In this document: one piece after another, positions 56,797 to 64,000 of the stretch
Position numbering within the stretch: the first letter of the stretch is position 1
Layout of the letters: each line of letters starts with the position of its first letter
Virus record (IMG/VR): IMGVR_UViG_3300029763_000196
Length of the DNA stretch: 64,000 nt
DNA from: a virus
Strand: one strand, 5' to 3'
The notes under the pieces: generated by a model
Database searches by the model: none
Told to the model about the DNA's origin: nothing
Seen by the model: only the letters and a program-made list of their open reading frames with translations
Position numbers and translations under genes: made by a program

Positions 56797-57075
56797 CTAC
56801 AAATTTTTAGTTCTGTTTTTAAATGATTTGGCTGGTTTGAAGTGTGGAGTATAATGCTCCGCTATGACAATAGTCTCGTTTTTGTGTATGTTACGAGCAA
56901 CTTTTCGTTTATAGTGTTTGGGTGACAGTGTACCAAAACCTCTGATATAAAGAGTTCTTCCATTAGCTACTGCATCCACGGTTTCCTTCAATGCTGCTTC
57001 TATAACTGTTCGGACTTCGCAAATAGCAATACCGGTTGATTCGGCTACTTGCTTGATAAGTTCTTCTTTTCTCAT
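56797..57075 (-). CDS. HU/IHF-family DNA-binding protein
   Basis: 92 aa; MRKEELIKQVAESTGI...RGFGTL...ARN (RNP-like arm motif) typical of HU. Confidence 0.8.
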   Translation of the reverse strand: MRKEELIKQVAESTGIAICEVRTVIEAALKETVDAVANGRTLYIRGFGTLSPKHYKRKVARNIHKNETIVIAEHYTPHFKPAKSFKNRTKNL

Positions 57076-57078
57076 GGC

Positions 57079-57507
57079 TTATCCCTCCGTACCAGTAGAT
57101 TCAATGTCCTCGAAGACCGTTTTTTGCATCTCTTGTGCCTCCATCGGACGTTCTTTAACCAAATCGCCATTACCATTGTAATATCCGGTGGTACGGGTGC
57201 TACGATCCATAAACTTAAAGCATTCATCCGTAATTTCCTCATAACCACGTTTTATATCGGTAAGCAACGTTTTTTTACGTTCCTTTTTAGGTTTCAGTTT
57301 GTCCTTGTATGCTTGCATGAAAGCTTTCTTTTCTTCTTCCAGTGCGGCCATGTCAAGGTCAATATTTGCCAACTCCGTTTTCCGTTCACCCATTTCTTCC
57401 TCGCTGAAAGGAGAAGTATAGGTAATTCTTTCAACTGCTGCGCAATTGTCTTCCAACATTTGTCTGCGAAGCAATGGATTCTTATCTTTAAATAGTTCTT
57501 TATCCAT
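57079..57507 (-). CDS. hypothetical protein
   Basis: 142-aa acidic ORF. Confidence 0.4.
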   Translation of the reverse strand: MDKELFKDKNPLLRRQMLEDNCAAVERITYTSPFSEEEMGERKTELANIDLDMAALEEEKKAFMQAYKDKLKPKKERKKTLLTDIKRGYEEITDECFKFMDRSTRTTGYYNGNGDLVKERPMEAQEMQKTVFEDIESTGTEG

Positions 57508-57508
57508 A

Positions 57509-57736
57509 TCATAAAGGTTTTAAGCCATATCGGGCAGAACCGACAAATGGCTGTGGGTTAGTCCTTATGTTTGCTTTGTGTATATCATCTGTACGATGAT
57601 TGAATAATCGGGGTAATCCCGTTATTTTGTCATATACAACCAGTTCAGACGATACATAACAAATAAAGCCTTTCAGTCGCTCTTTCAACCATGCGTTCTG
57701 ATAGGCTCTGCGTTCACGATATTCTTGGTAGCTCAT
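57509..57736 (-). CDS. hypothetical protein
   Basis: 75-aa ORF; G9 tract (C9 at 57778-57786 on +) lies in its 5' leader. Confidence 0.35.
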   Translation of the reverse strand: MSYQEYRERRAYQNAWLKERLKGFICYVSSELVVYDKITGLPRLFNHRTDDIHKANIRTNPQPFVGSARYGLKPL

Positions 57737-57795
57737 TCCCTTTGGGCGAGCTGTGAGAAGGGGAGTGTAATTTCTCGCCCCCCCCCGATTTAGAT

Positions 57796-58411
57796 TTACT
57801 CTTTCCCATCAATCAAATTTTTATATTGTTCTTCTGAAACGAACTTGTCGCAGTTCCCATACCAAGTACCATCATTTATCTTGTATGGCCTGACTGTTTT
57901 ATCCATTTCATTCATAACACCGACTACCGCATTTTCTTTGCTATTATCATCCCATACAATAACAACATCGCCGACAGTCGGGATATATTCAGGCTGTAAC
58001 TTCTCAAAATTGAAGGAGTAATGTTTTTCTTCCTTCATGGCGGCAAGCATCTTTGCCTTTTCCTCTTCCGTAGCTTTACGGAATCCCTTCATGCCTCCGA
58101 TACCAGCTTCGGGTGTGAGTCTTACAAAAACTCTGTCACCTTCATCATTGGAAGGAACATAGGCGACAAGGCCGAAAGGTACTTTAATTGCCGGTAAAAA
58201 AGAGAGTGGCCTTTCTTCTCTAATTTCAGAGAGAATCATCATGCTGCCCCCTCCGCGATTCGGATTGATAATTACGTCACCGGGGATGAATGTCTCACCC
58301 TCAAATTCAAATTTACCCCCCCCCCGTAACTTTTTGAGTAGGTTGCATACTTTCTTCTTTCACGATTTTTACCATGTGTCCTTCGGGCACTTCAACTGTT
58401 ACTGTTCTCAT
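57796..58411 (-). CDS. hypothetical protein split by frameshift at a G10 tract
   Basis: upstream mini-ORF MRTVTVEVPEGHMVKIVKEESMQPTQKVTGGG* (ATG 58411 overlaps upstream stop as ATGA) continues into MMILSEIREERP... if one G (C10 at 58316-58325 on +) is removed. Confidence 0.45.
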
Positions 58412-58632
58412 TTTAATTTGATTTTAAACTGGTTATTGTATTCTATGTATTTTTCCGGGCAGGTTGTTTCTATAATTCCGTTCATTGTAGGAATACGAAA
58501 CAACTTGCCGGATTTATGAAGCTCTTTTTCAAGCTGTTTTGCTTTATGTAAAGCAGCCAAAGAACGTGTTTCATTTTCGATCAGTTCTTTAGCCGCTGTG
58601 ATACTGTTACTAATTTTTTCACATGAATCCAT
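58408..58632 (-). CDS. hypothetical coiled-coil protein
   Basis: 74-aa ORF. Confidence 0.35.
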   Translation of the reverse strand: MDSCEKISNSITAAKELIENETRSLAALHKAKQLEKELHKSGKLFRIPTMNGIIETTCPEKYIEYNNQFKIKLK

Positions 58633-59540
58633 TACTTGACTTCTTCTGCGTATGGAGTATCGTCTTCCTCAAAATCGTCCGGTTTCTGACCTTGTGCCTT
58701 TTTCCAGTCTTCAAACATTTCATCATCCAACTGGCTCTCTGTTTCAAGAACTTTAATCATGGAATCTGAAATGCCGGTTTTGGGCAGGAATTTGAAAGCC
58801 CAGTTCACGATTGTTTTTCGAGCCATTTCTTCAAAGTCTGTGTCCCACGGAGATTGCTTGCCTTTCTTGACAGCCTCACTACGACTTTTTATTTCTTCAA
58901 TACGGGCTTTGGGCATTGCATCGAATTTTACAACACCGGAAGTCAAGACAGCGAAATAGTAGCCTCCAAGAAGATCACCACGTTCTCCGAATACATTAGG
59001 TTTGTGGATGATAGTGCCGCCGGTACCTTTTGTCATACAGAACTCGTCATTAGCATAAACCAAATCAGAATAAATATCCTTTACAACACCAGTGCGGATC
59101 AAAATATCAACTTTCCCCATGTATGAAGCTTGGAACTTCACTTTGCCTTTGTACGGTACAAGATACCCCAATCTTAGTTCAGGATTGAGCGTCAGACCGG
59201 TAAGAGAAACGTTTTTGATTGCTTCGACAAGACGATCGGGATATTGCCGGGCACAGTCAATCAAATAAGGATTATTCAACATTGCCTGCATAGCGAAATT
59301 GACTTCACGGGCAAATTGCTGTTCTGTGCCACCAGCTGCTATAAATGCCTTTTTAGGGGAGATAAAACAGCTTTCCAATCCTTTCAGTTGTACTGGAAAG
59401 GCTGGTGGGGCAGAAGGAACGGGCGGTTGTGGTGTGGAAGGTGTTGGGGAGACCGGTTCTGTTTTTGTTGGTGAAGGAGCATTGTGTTGTTCCATTCCCA
59501 AGTTCCCTTGTTGGGGGGATTGATTCTCTGTTTTACTCAT
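58632..59540 (-). CDS. recT: RecT-family single-strand annealing recombinase
   Basis: LTGLTLNPELRLGYLVPYKGKVKFQASYMGKVDIL core typical of RecT; Pro-rich N-terminal tail. Confidence 0.75.
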   Translation of the reverse strand: MSKTENQSPQQGNLGMEQHNAPSPTKTEPVSPTPSTPQPPVPSAPPAFPVQLKGLESCFISPKKAFIAAGGTEQQFAREVNFAMQAMLNNPYLIDCARQYPDRLVEAIKNVSLTGLTLNPELRLGYLVPYKGKVKFQASYMGKVDILIRTGVVKDIYSDLVYANDEFCMTKGTGGTIIHKPNVFGERGDLLGGYYFAVLTSGVVKFDAMPKARIEEIKSRSEAVKKGKQSPWDTDFEEMARKTIVNWAFKFLPKTGISDSMIKVLETESQLDDEMFEDWKKAQGQKPDDFEEDDTPYAEEVK

Positions 59541-60505
59541 TGTTCTTGATTATTATAAAAGTTAAACATCTTGTTCTTTTCAAATGCAGGTGTGTCCGGC
59601 ACCATTATTCTTCGTCCTTTGAATCCCGGCTGAATAAATATCTGTGCACCGTCAAAATCATTGTTTTGTGTACAGTAAACATGCTGGTCTAACAATTTCT
59701 TGAATGCCAATGCGCTTGCCCCCATTTTCACAATTCCGTCTTCCAAATGGAAAGCCCAGTTAGCTGCACTGACAAATACTGCGTCATAGGGAGCTGTCTT
59801 TTGTTGCATAACCCAGTAGAACTCCTTCCATACTCCAGTACGTTCATGTTCAAAAAACTGATAGAAAGCTGCCGAAATACCATAATGAAATTTGGCAATA
59901 GTCCGGTTAACTGTTTCTTCATGAAGATCATCAACCGCCAATGTTTTCCAGTCAACAATTTTTTTGGCCGTTTCCACATCAGGGCGATATTTGAACTTGC
60001 ATCCTTCGTATTCAACGAAATGGCTGACTTCGGCTTTTCCCCATTTTAATATCTGCCTGATCTGTTTGGAGGTGTCCCGGCAATTATTAAGAAGCTCATA
60101 AACCATTGTTTCAACCAATTGTATATCGGTTGTGCTTGTCAACGTTTTACCCGGATTTGACTCTTTGGCCTCTATTAGTGCAATCTGATATTTTTGGGTA
60201 TCTCGTCCATACGGACAGCCGGTTTTAGGATTTATAGGCGGCTCAAATACAAGAAGGTTATTTCGCCACTTGTCAAGTTTTCCAGTATTAACAAGGCTTT
60301 CCATTGCATCATGGTACAGTGAACCTTTTTCAGAGGCTTCAATACTTATCTCAAATAATTCCGGGTGCAACGCCTTGTATCGGGCAAACTTTGGGGACAC
60401 CATATAATCTTTAATCTGCGTACTACTTAGGAAATCTTTGAATCTTTCTCCACGGTGGTATTCTTCATTTGGCAGATCGTAAATTGTATCTTCTATATTA
60501 CTCAT
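59537..60505 (-). CDS. PD-(D/E)xK exonuclease (YqaJ/lambda-Exo-like partner of RecT)
   Basis: KFKYRPDVETAKKIVDWKT fits D..E.K catalytic motif; gene order exo-recT. Confidence 0.6.
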   Translation of the reverse strand: MSNIEDTIYDLPNEEYHRGERFKDFLSSTQIKDYMVSPKFARYKALHPELFEISIEASEKGSLYHDAMESLVNTGKLDKWRNNLLVFEPPINPKTGCPYGRDTQKYQIALIEAKESNPGKTLTSTTDIQLVETMVYELLNNCRDTSKQIRQILKWGKAEVSHFVEYEGCKFKYRPDVETAKKIVDWKTLAVDDLHEETVNRTIAKFHYGISAAFYQFFEHERTGVWKEFYWVMQQKTAPYDAVFVSAANWAFHLEDGIVKMGASALAFKKLLDQHVYCTQNNDFDGAQIFIQPGFKGRRIMVPDTPAFEKNKMFNFYNNQEQ

Positions 60506-60576
60506 ATAATGAATTTAGAGTTTTACAAAAAACCCCCTACTTTCGCAAGCAAGGAGCCAATAACTAACTAAAAAAC

Positions 60577-61278
60577 TTATTCATCACTTGTGGATAGTAA
60601 TTCTTTGTAATTCTGTAATATGTATTCTTTTTCTTCATCTGTAAAAGAATAGGCTTTAGCCATAAATTTCATTGCCATATCCTCGTTGTGATCGGAAAGG
60701 GGATAATAGTCAGTAGCGAATTTGTAAGTAAGCCTATTCAATCGCTCATACTTAACTTTGACCTCCTTAACCCATCCGCTTATCTCCGAGATGATGCCGG
60801 ACGCTTCTTGCATCTTTTCGTCATATTCCTTTTGGTCTTTTGCTGCTTGTTCTTTCATAACCTTGTTCTGTGCGGCAAAGTTTGAAATCTTAGCATATAG
60901 TTCATCCGAATAAGCCCATCCTGAAATGATGTCAAAATCAGAGTTCCCATTAAACTTGTATCTCTCACTCTTTTTAAGGAACTTGTAATCACTCCCAAGT
61001 TTATTCCAATCGTAATCAACCTTTCGCAATGACTTCGCGCTTTTCAGAATTTCAGCAACCTTAGTCGCTTCATTAATGTCAGTAAACGCAAAACCATCCA
61101 AAAGCGGAATAGAGAAGTACTGAATATCAGCAGGCTCAATTTCAAATAATTCGGGAATTTTGGGTTTATCCATGATTTTGATACCTTCCTCCATCATGCG
61201 AAGTTTAATCATTTTCTGTACATCTTCCTCCGTTAACGCAAGAATCTCTTGCTCGGTCATTTCTGTAATTCCTTTCAT
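60577..61278 (-). CDS. hypothetical acidic protein
   Basis: 233-aa ORF. Confidence 0.4.
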   Translation of the reverse strand: MKGITEMTEQEILALTEEDVQKMIKLRMMEEGIKIMDKPKIPELFEIEPADIQYFSIPLLDGFAFTDINEATKVAEILKSAKSLRKVDYDWNKLGSDYKFLKKSERYKFNGNSDFDIISGWAYSDELYAKISNFAAQNKVMKEQAAKDQKEYDEKMQEASGIISEISGWVKEVKVKYERLNRLTYKFATDYYPLSDHNEDMAMKFMAKAYSFTDEEKEYILQNYKELLSTSDE

Positions 61279-61662
61279 ACTTTTAGCATTTAAAATGTGT
61301 TCCCGTCCGCGTTCCGATGGATTGTTGGCCGTAGCTTTTTAGCGGTGACCGCTTCTTGCGAAGCACGGGTATATATATCATTTAAAGTATCTATTCAGTT
61401 AAGAATGTATTTATAAACGCCCTACGTTTACTTTGTCATAATATAAGTTGTTTTTGATAACTTAGTGATTCGTGTGCTGCATCTTCTTATTGGCAGTCCG
61501 TATTCACACTCTTTTCACTAATCCGCTTTGGCTACTTTGTCGGTCTATTTCGCCCTTTAGATAAGCAGTAAACCTTGTTTTAAGTCTTTATTTGTTCAGA
61601 CTATACAATATGTCAAAGAACGTTTTGTTAGTTCCCGGAAAGACGGCCAAATCCGTCCGGGA

Positions 61663-61914
61663 TTATTTTCTTTCCATGAATTTTATCAAAGCTGATTTGG
61701 TAAAAATGAGACTCTTGCCATTTTTGGTGTGAGGAATATCATGTATTCGATTGTATAAGGTTTGCAACTTCCATCCGAGAAATACAGCAGCTTGTTTGGC
61801 ATTCAAATACTCTTCGGTTTCAGCAGTCGCCATTTCAGTTACAACCTTTCTCACATCATTGCGAATAAACTTGTGCAGTTCTTCTGCAATCATTTTGGCA
61901 TCTGAACGGTTCAT
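61663..61914 (-). CDS. excisionase/Cro-like HTH DNA-binding protein
   Basis: LNAKQAAVFLGWKLQTLYNRI matches AlpA/Xis-type HTH. Confidence 0.45.
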   Translation of the reverse strand: MNRSDAKMIAEELHKFIRNDVRKVVTEMATAETEEYLNAKQAAVFLGWKLQTLYNRIHDIPHTKNGKSLIFTKSALIKFMERK

Positions 61915-62159
61915 TTCTTTATCGCTTCGATGGTTATCTGATTTTTATCTTTGTCGATGGATATTGAATATCTTTCAACGTCTTCACGGGGATCAGTAAA
62001 AGCTAATTGATAGGCGTAGCTTCTTGCATTGACGCAATCCTTGTAAGAATCCAGCTGCATTACTTTGGAAGAACCAGCTTTAATGCTTAGAATATCTTTC
62101 TTTGTTACTTTCATATTATTTTCTATTTTATACTTAAATTTTCCACAAAAAATTTGCAT
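61911..62159 (-). CDS. hypothetical protein (first gene of leftward early operon)
   Basis: 82-aa ORF. Confidence 0.35.
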   Translation of the reverse strand: MQIFCGKFKYKIENNMKVTKKDILSIKAGSSKVMQLDSYKDCVNARSYAYQLAFTDPREDVERYSISIDKDKNQITIEAIKK

Positions 62160-62889
62160 AAAAGAAAGCTAACAACTACATTTGCCAATGAGATATGTAG
62201 TAAGTGGCTTTTGAAGTCGCCAGCTTTCTTATTGTTCAAGCTTACACTCTTTGTTTGTTTGACGTTGCAAATATACTTCATATTTTCAGAAGTACAATAA
62301 AATACTTCATAAAATTTGTAGTACTTTGTATGTTATAAAACATGTTTTGATGCAAGTTGTTGGTTTATAAAATGTTATATAGGTAAGGCTCGCGTAAAAA
62401 GAAAGCTTTTTGAAAAAAAGTAATGTCGTTCTATTGTTATTGTAATAATTGAAGAAGTAAAAGACGATCTCATTCGGTAAGGTGCTGGATTGCTGCATAG
62501 TTAGCCCTTAGACGGTTTCCCGTTTTTGCTATATGCAGCATAAGAAATGTCTCGTTCGTATAAGTACGCCGTTCTTAGCTGGCCGGGCATTAACAAGTTA
62601 CCCGACTTCCCGGATTTTTCGCTTACTTGTAGCTGTGCAGGCATCCCGGTTTCGTTTGCCTCTCAATATCGCACGCCTTTCGCAGTATTGAGTTGTAAGA
62701 GTGTAACCCTCTGTCTCTCCGCTATGCGGCCTACCGCCGATTACACAATGTGGAGAAAAAGAAAATCCGCAAATAGGTAGCAGCTATTTACGGATTTCTA
62801 TATATAAACTCCAAATAGGATGTTTAATCAATTTATGTGGTAATACTGCTACTATTACGGATGCAAATATACTACTTAATTTATGAAGT
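62160..62889. promoter_or_regulatory. AT-rich divergent switch region of prophage A between the early operon and the CI-like repressor
   Basis: 730-bp gene-free AT-rich region with small inverted repeats (TGCTGCATA...TATGCAGCA at ~62494-62545). Confidence 0.45.
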
Positions 62890-63660
62890 ATGCAAGAAGT
62901 TGACGATAAAAAATTGAGTGATCTCTCAAAAAGGTTTTTGCAAGCAATTTCATATTGTGGTTTGAGTGGGTATAAATTGAAGAAAGACAATATTATATCC
63001 AGTGAATCAACTCTTACCAGTATAAAAAAAGGGATTCAGTTACCAAGTAAAAAAACAATTGATGCTTTTTGTGAGAAGTATGATGTGAGCAGAGCATGGC
63101 TATATACTGGAGAAGGTTTGTTTGCAAAGACTCCATCAGGACAGATAGAACCTTCGGAGAAGGATATTAGGGATGCTCTGAAAAATGCGAGAATGCAATC
63201 AGACTCTACGATTAGTAAAGTAGCTCCTTATCTTCAAGATATTCTTGTAAAAGTAAAATATGTTCCGATAGATGCTGCGGCTTCATTTGTCGAAAGCTTA
63301 TATAACACAGCTTATGAAATTGATTCTTATGGTGTCATGCCGGAAGAAGGTGAAGTGCTTGATGATTCTTATATGGTCTTTCAAGTACGTGGTGACAGCA
63401 TGGAGCCAACTATACCGGACGGAGCTAAAATTCTTGCTCGCAAAATAGAAGAAGGTTTGTGGGAAAGCGCGTCAGGAGTTGTGAGTATTGTGTATGGGAA
63501 AACACTTTCAGTCAAGCGGATATTGAAAAACAGTCTTTTCTTGGATAATGTGCTGACTTTAAAGGCTGATAACCCCAAGCATGGCCAGTTAGATGTCGAG
63601 AGAAGAGAAATAAGGGGGATGTGGCAAGCATTACGCATAATAAGTCAAAAGATTATTTGA
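62890..63660 (+). CDS. CI/LexA-like repressor (HTH + S24 peptidase) of prophage A
   Basis: C-terminal RGDSMEPTIPDGAKILAR...KRILK peptidase S24 signature; N-terminal HTH region. Confidence 0.75.
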   Translation: MQEVDDKKLSDLSKRFLQAISYCGLSGYKLKKDNIISSESTLTSIKKGIQLPSKKTIDAFCEKYDVSRAWLYTGEGLFAKTPSGQIEPSEKDIRDALKNARMQSDSTISKVAPYLQDILVKVKYVPIDAAASFVESLYNTAYEIDSYGVMPEEGEVLDDSYMVFQVRGDSMEPTIPDGAKILARKIEEGLWESASGVVSIVYGKTLSVKRILKNSLFLDNVLTLKADNPKHGQLDVERREIRGMWQALRIISQKII

Positions 63661-63661
63661 T

Positions 63662-64000
63662 ATGGAAGAAAGGGCTATTGACAGATTACGAAAATTTGCA
63701 AGGTATGCACGTGATAAGGGAGTTGTCAAAGGTGAGAACTCGTTTGAGGCTTATTGTGAATTATCAAATAGATACATTTATAATTCCATAAGGAACGGGA
63801 AGGGGGCTATTGGAACTGATATAATAGTTCGTATTGTGGATAAGTTCCCGGAATTGAATGTGAAGTGGCTTTGTACTGGCAAAGGGAATATGATTGAGAC
63901 GGATATTGATGCGAATGTCAACTACAAAGCAGCTTATGAAGGTGCGATGATGCAGATAGAAGCACTGCATAAAATTATAGAAGAAAATAAGCGGAGATGA
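63662..64000 (+). CDS. XRE-family HTH protein (runs to window end)
   Basis: LNVKWLCTGKGNM HTH tail conserved with the phage B repressor N-domain (LNLEWLITGRGSM). Confidence 0.45.
   Translation: MEERAIDRLRKFARYARDKGVVKGENSFEAYCELSNRYIYNSIRNGKGAIGTDIIVRIVDKFPELNVKWLCTGKGNMIETDIDANVNYKAAYEGAMMQIEALHKIIEENKRR

Noticed and set aside
1-64000. Integrase / attachment site for prophage A
   Set aside because: No tyrosine or serine recombinase ORF was recognised anywhere in the window. Prophage A extends beyond both window edges, so its integration module is presumably outside.

Overview
This window looks like a nested prophage: a Bacteroidales-type temperate prophage (called prophage A here) interrupted by a ~35.7 kb Mu-like transposable prophage (phage B). 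All calls below rest on motif-level reading of the supplied ORF translations and the raw sequence, not on database searches.

Prophage A is AT-rich and is present at 1..12280 and 47970..64000. It carries:
- a tail-fibre gene and a lysis cassette at the far left;
- a long leftward early operon with RecT plus a PD-(D/E)xK exonuclease, HU, a RuvC-like resolvase, a C5 and two N6/N4 DNA methyltransferases, a small radical-SAM protein, a PAPS-reductase-like PP-loop protein, an ASCH-domain protein, an SPFH lipoprotein, RtcB RNA ligase, MazG, and DUF3127 and DUF2829 (Tad2-like) proteins;
- a divergent CI-like repressor at 62890..63660.

Phage B occupies about 12281..47969, sits in an intergenic site of the prophage A early operon, and is flanked by an 8-bp direct repeat ATAATAAG. 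It is more GC-rich than prophage A and resembles the transposable Hankyphage of Bacteroides. It carries:
- a leftward CI-like repressor, a Ner-like gene, a MuA-like DDE transposase and a MuB-like ATPase;
- DUF3164, small and large terminase, a portal fused to a MuF-like domain, protease, capsid, an amidase endolysin and an overlapped spanin-like pair;
- a tail module with a 1241-aa tape measure and a 1410-aa tail fibre containing 189-bp tandem repeats;
- a complete diversity-generating retroelement: a C-type-lectin-like target gene with VR at 44321..44435, TR at 44679..44793 with adenine-specific differences only, and a reverse transcriptase at 44954..46297;
- a Dam methylase at the right end, and arrays of AAACGAAATG-type end repeats at both termini.

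Other notable observations:
- seven long homopolymer tracts (G/C 9-11, T8), all in prophage A; four of them (plus the T8 tract at an ASCH-gene ORF overlap) sit where removing one base would restore a single longer ORF; a sixth is in-frame in the C5 methylase and the seventh is intergenic;
- the C-terminal ~250 aa of the phage B tail fibre and its downstream small gene are homologous to the prophage A tail-fibre module at 127..1568;
- two tRNA-like elements (54513..54679 and 14650..14692);
- a possible DNA-modification gene island at 48004..53875.

No rRNA, CRISPR array or integrase was found in the window.
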